A stretch of 64,000 nt of DNA from Selaginella moellendorffii (lineage: Eukaryota > Plantae > Lycopodiophyta): the NCBI RefSeq assembly GCF_000143415.4, contig NW_003314276.1, positions 1,013,434 through 1,077,433 of the forward strand, written 5' to 3'. Within the stretch, counting starts at the first letter, position 1, and each line of letters starts with the position of its first letter. Positions 1 through 12,570 of the stretch are shown one piece after another. The translations under genes and the position numbers were made by a program. The notes beneath the pieces are model-generated. The model searched no databases, had not been told where the DNA came from, and saw nothing but the letters and a program-made list of their open reading frames with translations.

Positions 1-1252
1 CAAATTTGATATCAAGGAGCATCAATTGTAAGCATTTGACCAGAATCCAATGAATGTAAATTAAAATTTACTTATTGTAATCCCCATTTTTGAAAAAAAA
101 ATACCCAACCATAAGTATAGTTATTAGATATTTTTAAAGACATATTCAGAAAAAGAGTAAATTTTATAAATAACCTTATATAAAATCACAATATAAATAT
201 ATAGATTTTATAATGATAAAAAATTGTAAAAAACAATAAAAGATATCTATATTTTAGAATAAATATTATAAATATATATTGATATTTTTAAAATGAAACT
301 GAAAGGAGTACAAAAGACTCAAGATTATATAAAGAAGAAGAAAGTGATATGGAAAGGGACCTCCCATTAAAATATTATTTTAATCTTCCTTTATAATTGT
401 TTTTTCCATTAACACATTTCTGCCAACCCTCTATCCTATCCATCACCTCCTACCACGCACCCACTTACACCTAACAGAAGCTCTAATTTTTTTTTTCACA
501 TGGCCAATGCCACTAACACTTAACTAAATTCATGTCCCTAAATTTTGTGTGCTAAATTTGTTCAAATGGCCTAATGAAATTCATGATGCTTATTAACCTA
601 AAAGATTTCACAATTTTTTCATAATCAAGCAACATCAATTTCTAGAGGTAAATAATCAATTTAGCTTCAAGATGTAAGAATTCCATGAAAATGACATTTT
701 TTATGCCGATAAATTATATTGGAATTTTTTTATATCAAAGGAAACTATATCTCTTATTTCTAGATAGTGAGAGGAGAAGAGGTGATGGGGTAGATTTTTG
801 GCAATTTTCCAACAAAAGCTATTGAAATAACCTTTCTATCATTAATCATGTATTTTATTTAGTAATAAAATTTAATTACTAACTTCTTAACACATGTATT
901 AGTGTGAATATATAAACAATATACTCATAAAATTTTTATCATACTCACTGAATTTACATTAAAGTCATAGATCAATTCAAAATTTTAATAAGTGGGGGTT
1001 GCTTTTACAATGTTTGGTCAAACAATTATATAAATGGCTTGATTAGTGTAGATTTATATAATACATGTGATCATGGGATAAAATTTAAATTTACAGTCAC
1101 CATGGATCCTTGGAACTTTAGTTGATAAATGGGGATAAAATAGCCACTAAAAGCTCTCTTATCAAGCAATTACCCCTTTTTCAATTGGCTTAAAGAGAGA
1201 AAGATAGAATGCACTATATGTGGTATCGAAGTAAATGGCATGGGTTCAATTT

Positions 1253-1524
1253 CCATTGATTAGTAACTACTTAAAAGTATAATATACTCTTGAGCAAAAT
1301 ATTTTCCTACTTTTAAATTTGAAATCGTATGTATTGGGCATCCATATATACGTCCATCTTCTTGTAGAGCATCCCAGATGAAGGTATCCCATTGATTAGT
1401 GGCTACTTAAAAATATAATATACTCTTGAGCAAGATATATTCCTATCTTTAAATTTGAAATCGTATGTATTAAGCATCCATATATACGTCCTTCTTCTTG
1501 TAGAGCATCCTAGACGAAGGTATC
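1253..1524. repeat. Tandem duplication of a 136-bp unit (1253-1388, 1389-1524) in AT-rich intergenic DNA
   Basis: Both units start CCATTGATTAGT..CTACTTAAAA..ATAATATACTCTTGAGCAA and end CTTCTTGTAGAGCATCC.AGA.GAAGGTATC. They are flanked by a second diverged repeat, AAAGCTCT..ATCAA.CAATT.CCCC (~1149-1215 and ~1535-1592). Confidence 0.9.
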
Positions 1525-3188
1525 TAGACGATGAAAAGCTCTTTCATCAAACAATTGCCCCTTTTACAGTTGGTTTAAGATAGGGTGCACTACAATTTAT
1601 ATATTATTATAGAGAGCATTGTGATAAGAATGGGATTCCTTGTCATATCTAACTTGATCCAACTGAAGGAAAATTAGTATTTCCTTAGAAGCTTTCAATA
1701 GATATTCAACAAGGTGATTATATTAATTAAACATCAAATTAGATTAGAAAAAAAAATATAGATTATGGAAAGAAAAAAATCCTCAGATGAACCTTATTGT
1801 TGAGATGACTTTCTAACTATGTAGAATCTAAAAAATTAAAATATGAAGTACCAACTTACAAACTTACAAAGTATATATATTTGGAAGAACACAAATCTTG
1901 AGAAAGTATTTTTTTGTCAAGAAGGTTATATAGATAAAAATTATTTTGCTATTAGGATTTAGACAACTTAACAAATACAAAGATAGTAAACTTGAGTTTT
2001 AATTTGTTAATGCAACTTTTGAAACTAATTGCTATATAAGTTAAAGTTTTCATTTATTTTAAAATGAATAATCTTTGATAATTTCAAGTTCCTATTATAC
2101 ACTATATTTATATTTTATCATCATGGAAATGGTATTCCAGTTATATAGGTTTTAACTTTTAGTAAAACATATGAAGAACTGAACTCTTAAAAAATAAATT
2201 TTAAAATATATACCAGATTTGAAACCATATATGATAATAATTGATGATGTTAATGTGGAAATTAATGCTGTAAAGTAATTTTATGCTTTAAGATAGTTAA
2301 GTTTCTCAAATTCTATTATGTGTTTGGTACATAAAAAGGAATTATAAGGTAAAATCATGAGATATTAAGATGGAAATATAGAAACATCTCAAAGATATTA
2401 TGTATCATTTAGGTCACAAAGCTTTTTATGATAATACTTTTATGCATCTTTATCAAAAAGCAATTTTAAAAAATGATAGAATTAAAATATTGATTCATTT
2501 GCTAAATTTCTCTTCCCATTCATTTTGAAAATACTTGATAAAAGCTCATTTATTTAGAAATTCCACCCATAAAATATTTGATAAAATACTTAATCTCAAC
2601 TTGTGATTTGTTCTTGAAGTTTTTCTTATAGCCAAATAATTTTATTGTGGTATTCCATGAGCTATACTCTCATTGAAAAAACATTATGCTCACAATCAAA
2701 TAATAGATTAAGCACTTCACCAATTTACTACCAAGGTTCTGATTTATTAGTTATTGCAATTTTATTTGAAATCATGAATACTAAAAATTAATTTATAGTG
2801 CAATTATTAAAGTAAGAAACATTAACAACTTTCATGTAAAATTTGATAAAAATGATACTTACAAATATTAATATACTTGCAATGCATTCAATTTAATGAA
2901 ATTTGGCTAAATGTTAAACCAGTTGCTTCATGGAACAAATTTAGAGCAAGTGTTGACATTTTATTTAGAGTTTTAAGATCCACTGGCCATGTTGAAAAAA
3001 AATTAGACATACAGCCAAGTGCATGTTAATGTCAAGGATTAAACAATTGTCAACTGGAATGCAATAAACGATTGTCAGCTGGAATGCAGTAATTAGTTGC
3101 TAGTGAAGAATCTTAATTGTTTAAAAGAAACTAAGCTTTTTCATAAGAAAGGGAAAAACAATTATAATCTTGTGGAACAGTCATTATC

Positions 3189-5665
3189 CTAGTCTCTTCC
3201 AGGAGGACTATGAAACGATTTCCTGGACTCCGCCACAAACCACGGCCGATCTTTGACAGGCTTCTTCGACTCCTCCACAACGCTGGCAGATTGAGCGCTG
3301 CAAATCGATCCCAGCAGTGTCGGGCATGGCCCTTGTTGTTCCGCTCGCATACTAGCATTTGGGGGAGAACCTCCGGCTGGCCTTCGCAGATTTGGCGACA
3401 AGGACGACGAAGGCGAGGAGCCGGGTGATGCAAACGGAGTAGCAAACGGCGTGCTAGTCGACACTCGATTCTGGAACGAGATCGTGTGAATCTTCCGAGC
3501 TATTGGTAACGCTGCGTTTGTTTTTGATCCCAGTTGGCTTCCGCTGCTGTCTTGGTTCCTCTTTGTCATGTCCGCTATGTACAGTACGTCGTCAATCCGA
3601 GAGAGAATGCTGTATGCCAGACTCTCCAAAACTCTCGAGTAGCTCTCGAGAATTGCCTGGCCAACATCCTGTTGCAACCAAGTAGGAGTGATTTATACAA
3701 TCAGCTCCATAAAAGAAAGAACAGACCTTGTTGTACTGGATCTTGTTGACGTCCAACACTGTTTGTGGCAGTCCCGGAAATCTCTGCCTCAGGCATAGAA
3801 GAAGGCTGTCAGCTCTCTCGATTAGCAACTGCCTTTTGTCTCCACACTCGGCCACCAAGTCCCTCACTTTCAACCATGAGTATCTCGAGCTGCCGTTGCT
3901 TTTGCTTTTGCCTTCCTTGTGAGAGCCGGACGACTCCTTTTTTCTCCAGATGTGCAAAGCCGACTGGATGCGGTTTGCAACCTCCAAAGCACTGTGCTCC
4001 GTGGACAAGTCTAGAGACGAGAGGAGTGCGTCTGGAGAAAAGTGTTCTTGCCTCAGACCATAGTATATTGTATCTCCCAGATTCGCTCTCGCGCTCTACG
4101 ACACACATGGAGCAATAAAATCTTTTGCGTCAAGTCTCTAAAGTTGAAAACACCAGGCACCAAACCACCAACTATGATAAATGAAAGAAAAGAAAGAAGT
4201 TACCTTCGGAAGAGAGTCCCAGTAAACGTCGGGTACTTGCATCTCCGAAAGGACCTGCTCGTTGATCGCCATGGCTGCCTTGAGGATCTGGTTCGTGCAA
4301 TCCCGCTGATTCTGTAACGCCTTACGGGACTTCTCCGAGAGACCACCCGTAGGAATCTTCGGGACCGGCAGCCACCACTTATCCTCCTCCCTCTTTGTAG
4401 CCACGGATTTTTGCTGCTGGTTCTTGGATGAAATATCTACCGACACTCCTTGGTCCACATACCAAAAGTCAGTCTCCTTGTAGCTGTCGAGTGCCTCCTG
4501 TGAGAGACAAAAGAAGTAGCGACCTGAACCATTTTTGTGAAACTCAATGTGACGAACAAACTGGGATCTTGATGAGTATGGCCGAGGATGACCTTACCAG
4601 TAGCATCGCGTCCAGCTTCCGAAGAGCTGGTAGATTGATATGAAGATCCGAGCGCGGCCTGCTGATCATGACCTTTACGAAAACAATGAGATAAACAACA
4701 ATGCGTTAGTTTATATGATCCATCATAATGGCGACAAAAATCTGCACACGCACACTCACCTCTAGACTGGTACCATCTGTGACGCTGTGAAAAGATGGAA
4801 CGAACTCCACAATGTGATCGCAGACCGAGAGAATCCAATTCATCTCTCTTTGCCAAAGTAACTTACGTTCATGGGACAAAGGCTCCAATCTCCAAAGCTC
4901 GCCAAACACCGAAGCTATAGAAGAGAGAAGAATTAAAACTTACACAAGGAAAAACTAAAGAAAGAAACGAGGAACACACACGTACCAGCGAGATTGGTGA
5001 GCGCATTGGAGATTGCCAGAGCCGTGCAAACTCCTTTGCCACTGCCGGACATGTCCTCTCCAAGAAGTAGCTTGGAGAATCGTTCTTTCATCATCTCAAT
5101 CTCTTTGAAAGAAGAAAAAAAAAAGAAAGAAACCATCAGAAAAAACGTAGAAGAGATTCTCGGGAGAGAAAGCAACCAATCGAGATCACATACCTGGCGT
5201 TTGATTCTTCGCCATCGCGGCAGATCTTCCATCGCTCCATCCAACGTTGCTGCTCTCGGCGGATCTCGGCGAGGAGGGCATCACGACCGCGGCGGTGCCA
5301 AAATATCCGAGCTCCTCGCGAGAATTCGGCACCGGCGAGAGCTTGAGATGGCTGCGCTGGTGGCGGCCGAGCGGCCAGCCTAGCGGCGAGCGCCCATCGT
5401 CGTCGGAGCTGCTGACCTCGTTGCTGAGAATCTGGCGCTCGCAGATCAAATCGATGGGGCTGCCTGCCAGGTCGGCGTCGTAGCGATCATGCGAGCTCCG
5501 GCTCAATCCATCGATGCTGGTCGTGCAGCTCGCCCTGTCGATGCTCTGCTGCTCCTCGTAGCTGAAGATCGCGCTGTCGGATCGAATCAAGAGCCCCTTG
5601 GCCTTGTCCATGCCTGAAATCTCATCAATCTCATCAAATTCTTCCCTGTTGCTCCTCCAATTCAT
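3189..5665 (-). CDS. ROPGEF: Rop guanine-nucleotide exchange factor (PRONE domain), multi-exon
   Basis: Exons encode [98 protein letters not shown] and [19 protein letters not shown], all classic PRONE motifs. Start is uncertain (ATG 5665 or 5611). Confidence 0.95.
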
Positions 5666-5948
5666 CCATGCACCAGCTCCAATGCCGGCGATTCCACCCC
5701 AGCGATTCCAACGAGACGAGGAGAACAGAGCGTTAAGGGAGGAGAAAGAGCGGCCATGGCCGCACCTATCACTGTTTACCACGTGGCGGCGCATTCCATT
5801 CCGGAAAGAAAGACATCAAGGGGGCTACATCCAACGGCTGGGAGGTTTTTCGGAAATCTATGTCGAATAATTATTACTTTTTTACTTTTGGTATTTACTG
5901 GATCCAAAAGTCTTTTGATTTTATTTTAGGGTTCTAAGGAGGAAGGCG

Positions 5949-7365
5949 ATGGCGCTCGTGGCGCCGCCTGCGTTCGAGGAGGCTGCGCACTGCGCGATCT
6001 GTGGCTGCGGCTTTGGCACATTCAAGCGCCGGGTAAGTCTGCTGGATTTCCTTGATTCTCGAGCTAGAAATTCGTAATCGATCGCATTTTCGTGCACAGC
6101 ATCACTGTCGCGCTTGCGGGAGAACTCTGTGCAACGAGCACTCCTCGAATCAGATGGTAAGAGAGAGCTCGATCGCCACTTTTCCTCCATTGTTTTTTCT
6201 TTTCTGCGAATGACGATAAAAATGTAGGCTCTTCCACAATTTGGCTTGCACGGGCCAGTGAGGGTCTGCAAGGATTGCTTCACAGCAGGCGACACGAGGC
6301 AAGCATTTTCTTTTTGATTTTCTTCGAGTGTACGTTTGCTTGACGTTTCTCTACTTTTTAATCCAGTGTTCCAGCCTTAGAAGAGGGTGATGGAGTCGTT
6401 ACAAGGGAGCCGTCTGAGAATGACTCGTTGGTACCGGAGTTTTCTAGTCTCAATCTCAACGAGGCCACGGTACCAGCTACAGTTCCCGCCAATGAGTCGA
6501 CTTCCACAGTTCCCACGTTTGAATGCAAGTGTGGAATGCCTCTTTGCATCTGCAGCGCTCCAGAACCAGAAGCACCAAAGGTATGTCTTTTTCCACAATG
6601 CTTTTGACGATTGCCTTATCGCGATAAGACCAGGTCTCGCCTCAAGTCTCACAATCAGCCAGTAGTTCCAGAAGCAAGAAAACGGCCACCTCATCTCTTC
6701 CAACAAGGCAAGATCAACCTCGACCTTTGCCTGTGAAACAATCTCCAAGGTAACTTGAGGCAAGCTGGAGAAGTGCGACTAACCAATACTTATATCACAG
6801 CCTATTTTTCACGGGTGGACAAAGCGTCAAGGCCGAGGATCATGCCCCCTGTCGAAGTTACGATATCAGCGGCGAGGTATTTTAATAATATTGTACGTAC
6901 TTTTCCCTTATGAATGTTTTATTCACTCAACTGTGATTGAAAGGGAATACGGGAGGCCATTAAGAACGGGGATGCAGGTGCTGTAAAGAATCTTCTTTCC
7001 AAAGTAAGTTGCCATTTCAATCTGATTTCTTGTTTGATAGTTTCAAAACTTGCAAGGGAGTGGATGCCAAATACACGGATAAGCAAGGGATGTCACTGCT
7101 GCACTTGGTAATGCACGTTGTTTTTCTCAATTTTCTTCTTGACTTAACGACTTTTTTTCAGGCAGCCGTGTTTAACTTGACAGAGATAGCCTTCATGCTT
7201 TTGGACTCTGGAGCAGAGGCCTATTCCAGAAACTTGCAGGGTACCAATGTACAATCTTTACTGTTAGCTAGCTGCCTAAAAACCGATCGTGCAGGAGAGA
7301 CACCCTTGGACTGCGCGCAAACGACTTTACAACTAAAGCTCCTGGAAAAGCTTGCAAGAAGTTGA
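5949..7365 (+). CDS. FYVE zinc-finger + C-terminal ankyrin-repeat protein, multi-exon
   Basis: Spliced translation gives MALVAPPAFEEAAHCAICGCGFGTFKRR/HHCRACGRTLCNEHS/..PVRVCKDCF (FYVE RRHHCR motif), then CKCGMPLCIC and ankyrin-like DKQGMSLLHL..GETPLDCA. One GC-AG intron (6299-6366) keeps the frame. Confidence 0.9.
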
Positions 7366-7500
7366 AAGGCATTTAATTTAAAAGAGAACAATCGTACGCC
7401 AGGGAAATAATAAGGTAGCTCTGTTTACCTCATTTCATCTTTCAAGTTTTATTTGTGAAAAAGCCGGTGTTAGATCTACAAACTTTGCTTCTTCTACTGC

Positions 7501-9729
7501 CTAGGCGAATTCCAGAGGAAACCATCTGCTTTGGCTCCTCCAGAGCGATCGAATAACAGGAAGCAGTCCAAGCAGAGCTAGCTGGATCCGATCAGTGCTA
7601 TTCACCTTGATCGATATCTGTCCGGTTCCTCGATTGTTGGCGTTGCCGCGCACCACCATCGCCGTTCCTCCCAAGTGGATTTGCGAGTGTAAGTTGATTC
7701 CATATGCAATATCCTTTGCTGTCCAGTTCATGACTGACAATCCCAGCGTGCAGTTTGTTCGATCCACGGGATAGTCGGGCCCGACCACCGTCGCTTCCAT
7801 GATCGCTCCGTAAGCTTTGTCACCCCGGGTGAGTGAAGTAGCCCCGCTCATCAGGATCTTTGCTCGCTTTCCTATCACCACCTTGTCTTCCAGTCTCACT
7901 CCGACCACCGCGTTCTCTCCGACCATTGTGATCCCCATTCCCGCCAGCGTCTTGTTAGACTCGTGGTTCTTGAACGTCGTCCCTCCCCACAGGCTGTAGC
8001 AAACGTCCCTTCCCACCGTCTGGATGTCGAGCCCTCCGGTAGAAACTCTGTTGGGTCCGTGCTTGATTGCTGCAGAGCCATCGAAAGTTACGTGGTACTC
8101 TTTCTTGTCCATGACGATCTGTCCCGAGACTGACACTGGGATGTTCTTAGCGAGGTGGAAGGACCTGTCCAAGTTGGCGGAGTTGAACCCGTTCTCGTGA
8201 TCCCACCGCGAGTCGAGCACCGGGCGGACATTCCAGGACGCATCATCGACGTAGCGGTACCGGTGGCTTGGATCGTCCGAGCTGAAGCTCGTCGGGAGCG
8301 CGAAGTCGGGGGAGATCCCGGGGGCCATGTCGCGGTGCTGCTGCTGCTCGTCCTCGCCGTCCTCCACGCCCCTGTTCTTCATCTCCCGCCACCTCCGGCA
8401 CTGCATCTTCCACAGCTTTCGCTTGAACAGCTTCTCCCGCAGCGCGAGCTCCTCGAAGTACGACTGCCGATTGTCCTCGTCCAGAGCGTCCAGTTCGTCC
8501 TGGAGCAGCCGGCGGAAAGGTGGCAGCTGATCAAACTCGGCCTCTCCATCCTCGTCCTCGTCGGGATCCACCTCGCCATACTCCTCCTCGTCCGGCTGCT
8601 GGACCTCGGATCGAGCCTGCAGCATCGACGCTAGCAGCACCGGCATTGGCGAGCCACTCCGCCGCTCGCACAGCCTCGTCAGCGGCATGCTCTCCGGGAG
8701 CTTGAGGTACGTGTTGGCCTCGGCCAGGATCCGGGCCGAGAAGCACAGCAGCAGGAGCTCGGGCCGCCACACCATCCCGTTTGGAAGAACTCTCTCGCCG
8801 GCTCGGTTGGTTCGACACGCCGGGTGGTTCTCAATGAGCGTCACTGGGTTGAGCAGCCGGGTATCGCCCACGGCCGATCGGACAGTCTGCTGGAACATCC
8901 GGGTTCTCTGGCCAACGTAAGAATCATACCGCAGCGGAAAACCATCGGGTCCATCGGGTGGCGACGAAGCTCCGTGCGTCAAGACGATGATCGCGTTGAA
9001 CCAGATGGCCGGGCCGAAGCGATCGCCAATGTAGCGCATGAGCGCCGCGTCCTTGCTCTGGGAATCCAAGCGATCCACGTAGAGGACAATGTCGGGTGGG
9101 TTCCTGCGAATGCAGCGCTTGATCGAGGCCACCACGCGCTCGTTGTAGCGCCGGTCCGCCATGCTCGCGGAGAGCCCCGGCGTGTCGATCACTCTCATCC
9201 GGATCCCCTTCATGGTTCCATCGATCACTTCCACCTTGTTGGTGCCGCTGGAAAAGGCGCTGGTGCTCGCCATGGGCTTGCCGAAGATGGAGTTGACGGT
9301 GGCGCTCTTGCCCACCCCGGATTTGCCCAGGAGCAAGACGGTGCAGCAGAAGTCCAGCTCCTCGTCGCGCGAGGAGGCCTCCTCCTCCATCGCCACCGCG
9401 CAGGCCTTGTCGTAGCCGCTGGTGCTGTTGCGCATCTTGCCGCCCTTGAGCTGCTCCGCGAGGGCGAAGCGGTAGAGGACCTGCGCGGCAATGCCGTTGT
9501 CCGCGGATTGGCCCAGGCGGTGGACGAGGCGCACGAACTTGACGCGGATGTCCTGGAGCTTCTCGCACAGGATCCTCGTCTTCTCTTCGGTGTTACCTTG
9601 CGTGATGGATCGGACGATGCCGGCGAGCTTGGACGTGACGGAGGAGGGCGCCTGGGAGACTGCTGCTGCCGATGCCGCCGCGGCTGGGGCGGACAATGGC
9701 GCTACCAGTGCCCTGTCCGCGGCCTCCAT
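7501..9729 (-). CDS. Toc159/132/120/90-family chloroplast import receptor GTPase (AIG1-type G domain + M domain), 742 aa, no acidic A-domain, intronless
   Basis: KLQDIRVKFVRLVHRLGQS, LLGKSGVGKSATVNSIFG, VIDTPGL, PDIVLYVDRLD, ENHPACRTNRAGERVLPNG, FDQLPPFRRL and NNRGTGQISIKVNS. Confidence 0.95.
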   Translation of the reverse strand: MEAADRALVAPLSAPAAAASAAAVSQAPSSVTSKLAGIVRSITQGNTEEKTRILCEKLQDIRVKFVRLVHRLGQSADNGIAAQVLYRFALAEQLKGGKMRNSTSGYDKACAVAMEEEASSRDEELDFCCTVLLLGKSGVGKSATVNSIFGKPMASTSAFSSGTNKVEVIDGTMKGIRMRVIDTPGLSASMADRRYNERVVASIKRCIRRNPPDIVLYVDRLDSQSKDAALMRYIGDRFGPAIWFNAIIVLTHGASSPPDGPDGFPLRYDSYVGQRTRMFQQTVRSAVGDTRLLNPVTLIENHPACRTNRAGERVLPNGMVWRPELLLLCFSARILAEANTYLKLPESMPLTRLCERRSGSPMPVLLASMLQARSEVQQPDEEEYGEVDPDEDEDGEAEFDQLPPFRRLLQDELDALDEDNRQSYFEELALREKLFKRKLWKMQCRRWREMKNRGVEDGEDEQQQHRDMAPGISPDFALPTSFSSDDPSHRYRYVDDASWNVRPVLDSRWDHENGFNSANLDRSFHLAKNIPVSVSGQIVMDKKEYHVTFDGSAAIKHGPNRVSTGGLDIQTVGRDVCYSLWGGTTFKNHESNKTLAGMGITMVGENAVVGVRLEDKVVIGKRAKILMSGATSLTRGDKAYGAIMEATVVGPDYPVDRTNCTLGLSVMNWTAKDIAYGINLHSQIHLGGTAMVVRGNANNRGTGQISIKVNSTDRIQLALLGLLPVIRSLWRSQSRWFPLEFA

Positions 9730-10028
9730 TGGATCCGGTGGGAGAGACCCGCTAGAACCCTAAAACATTGGTTCCTCGCATTGCCTGGGAAAATATCTCG
9801 CGGTGCTTTCCTCGCCACGTCTTGGATAAGGTAGATATTTTTATGAAAAATGTTTAAATGGATCTACTTTTATAATTATTCTAGCATATTCTGTAAGAGT
9901 TGAGTAGCTTTTCCTTCTGAAATAAACATAAAACACTGGAATACACATGAAAAAATATTTTAGAATGCAAAAGTACTTTATCAACTTGTGCTAGTCATAC
10001 AAAAGCTATAATTATATAAAACATGTTT

Positions 10029-10058
10029 AAGTAAATCCATTTTGAAATGGATTTACTT
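10029..10058. repeat. Perfect 14-bp-arm inverted repeat AAGTAAATCCATTT-TG-AAATGGATTTACTT
   Basis: Read directly. It lies next to a local duplicate of 9850-9900 and is absent from unit 2. Confidence 0.9.
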
Positions 10059-10215
10059 CTATAATCATTCGAGCATATTCTGTAAGAGTTATAAGCCCTA
10101 TTTGCAAACTTCATATCCTACGACCAACTAAGATCCTTCCATCTGGTCCCAGCCTCACAAATTCAACTGGGACCTCATGGATTTGATTCCAAAAACTGAA
10201 AGAAACACAACATCG

Positions 10216-11360
10216 CTAGACTTCGATGTCATATACGCGGCGAGCCAGGAGCTTGGCCATGGACGATGTTTCACACTCCTTGTTGTGCTCGAGGAACCGT
10301 TCCTTGAACTCCTCGTCGTCAGTGGGCACCGCAGCCAGGCTTGCTGCAATCTCTTCCAGTGACATCCCGCGCTTGTCCAGGAAGCCCCGCCGCAATCTCG
10401 ACATCCTCGCCATGTAGCAGCCGCGGCTCTCGGGCTCAAAATTCATTGGCGTCACGTAACGTACTGTGTACCTCGCCGGATCGGCGAGCTTGCCCAAGTA
10501 TTTGCTCACTTCACCCTGCATCTCGAGGACGTAGAAGGTGGAGGGAGGCTGGCCCTGCAGCTGCCGTTCGGCTCGAGCGGATCCCTCACGAATCGCCTTG
10601 TCTAAAAACCCATGCATGAGCAACAAAGAACATCGATGAGTGCTGAAGGCTCACTCACATGATCCACTATCCGGAAGGGGTTCGACAGGAAGCTCTGAAT
10701 AGCTGAGCCACAGCCGCGCGTCTAACACGGCAATATAGACGTTCTCCAGGTGTGTAAGGTACGGGCACACATTAATAAGAGGAGCAAGCCTTCCGCCGCG
10801 GTCACTCAGATCTAGCAGGAGCTGCTCCAGCTCCCCTGCACTTACAGTCCCTGTTGTTTCATTGCTTTTTGTCAGTATTTTGATCTGGAAACTTACATCG
10901 CTCGAGCGACATCCGTTCTGTGTTGCCGCGGGGGATTTCATCAAGCAAGAAATCCAGCTTTGATGACCACCACCCCTCCGTAGCCTTTGGGTGTTGATCT
11001 TTATACCGTGCATATGGGTTCCTTTCCTCCAGGCCCTACAGCAGCAAATTAAACTCTACAGCGAGAGAAAGACACAGTGTGTACCTTGGGATACTCCTCC
11101 AGGTTGAAACTGGGTACGTATTTCTCCATGTACCACGCCTGGACTGTCTCGAACAGAGCTCCACCCTCCACCTCTCTCGGCTGAACACCTTTTAGGGTTG
11201 GCCATATAGGACGCCTCTTCAAGCGTAGGGCTGCGCCGCCGGGCTTGAGAGAAGCCGTGGATGCGACGCTCGAGTTGCGGAGGGTCTCCTCCTTCAGGTA
11301 CAGTTGCCTCCAGTCTAATGTTTTAACGGTCCCCAGACAGAAAAATATCCATCCGTACAT
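10216..11360 (-). CDS. Lineage-specific protein of unknown function, copy 1 (about 4 exons)
   Basis: Open exons DWRQLYLKEE..FNLEEYPK / GLEERNPYARYKDQHPK..MSLER / ELEQLLLDLSDRGGRLAPL.. / DKAIREG..YDIEV* are separated by GT-AG introns, and the frame is preserved in both duplicate copies. The 5' end is uncertain. Confidence 0.6.
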
Positions 11361-11399
11361 AAAACTGGAATTGTTCCTTGCGTCGAATTCGTTTCTCAC

Positions 11400-12570
11400 T
11401 TGGAATTCTCCTCCGAGGAAATCTGAGAAGCCCACGGGTCTCCAAAGCGCCATTGACGGCCTTCCGGTTGGCCTGAGAAGGAAGAAGCTAGCGTTTGATC
11501 AGTTTTAAAGTTCTCTAGAGATGTTACCAGGATCTTCTCTCGATCTTCGAGAGCGTCATTTCTACTGACTCGATGCGTCCAGTGCCGCCGCAGCACCCGC
11601 AAGAATCAGTGACACTCAGCCGGTCCTGAAAGCTCCATATCAAGTCAACTAGAGATACCCGTGCTCTCGTCATTTCCATGAGTCCGAACTCTGAAATTTC
11701 CAAGATAACAACTTTAGATCGGTCCCGCTCAATGGCCTTGCACTTTCATGACCTGCAGATATACCACAATATCTCAGCTCGCTGACAAAGTTTGGATTCT
11801 AGAAGCTTACTTGGACCCTCCGTGTCAACAACTATAATCCCACCAATGTCCCGTAGCCTCTGTCGCAATCTGCACAGAGAGTTTTTACCTGTCGAGGAGC
11901 AGCGAGATTTACTTCTAAGAACACACAGAAATATAAGTTCCCTGATTACGTCCAAATGTCTTCACCTTTTGGTATGTTTGAGACGAATCCCGACAAGCGT
12001 TTCAACCTGTATATACTCACTCAAAAAACGAAGACAGCATACTATGAAAAACCTTATTGTTGAAGAGATCACCTGAGTGCCTGTCCCATGGCCCTTTGCA
12101 ATAACACAGGGACCGGGTCTTTTCAACCACCACCAGCAGCAACCTCCGCTGTCTCCACACGTCTCCATGAGGCGTGCCAAATCCTTCTTGAGCTCTTCAC
12201 GACTGCGGCCAACAGCCTCAGTCCTCACGGTAAGACCAAATGCAGCTCTCTGGCAAGCTGCTTGAGCCGACTTCTTTCCAGCCTGTTGATCTTGCGAGTA
12301 ACTCCAATGGTCGAAGCTTGAGGAAGCAGTACTTGCACTACATCTCTTAACTTCAATACTTCGAGACACTTACCCAGTATCGTCCCGCCAAAGTCACAGT
12401 TGCAGTCAGCTGTGGTCCTTTCTGCCGAAGAGCCTCCTCCTTAACTCGTTGACTTCCCTCCAGGCACCTATCTTCTGCAGGACAGTAGCCTGCAAGCTGC
12501 TTGACGACACCAAGCCAACTTGGAAGTTTAGTTGACAGGAGCTTCTTGTTCTCGACGACCTCGATTGGTT
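11400..12570 (-). pseudogene. RNE: Degenerate plastid ribonuclease E/G gene, copy 1
   Basis: Fragments in shifting frames: VKEEALRQKGPQLTATVTLAGRYWV, IGVTRKINRLERSRLK, GLTVRTEAVGRSREELKKDL, PVLLQRAMGQAL, LRDIGGIIVVD, KAIERDRSKVVILEISEFGLMEMTRAR and the Zn-link CGCCGGTGRIESVEMTLSKIE. Several frameshifts; the DFIDM catalytic motif is lost. Confidence 0.88.

Noticed and set aside
8824-9834. 336-aa plus-strand ORF and other long ORFs overlapping the Toc gene
   Set aside because: Antisense or alternate-frame shadows of a GC3-rich coding sequence with no recognisable motifs.
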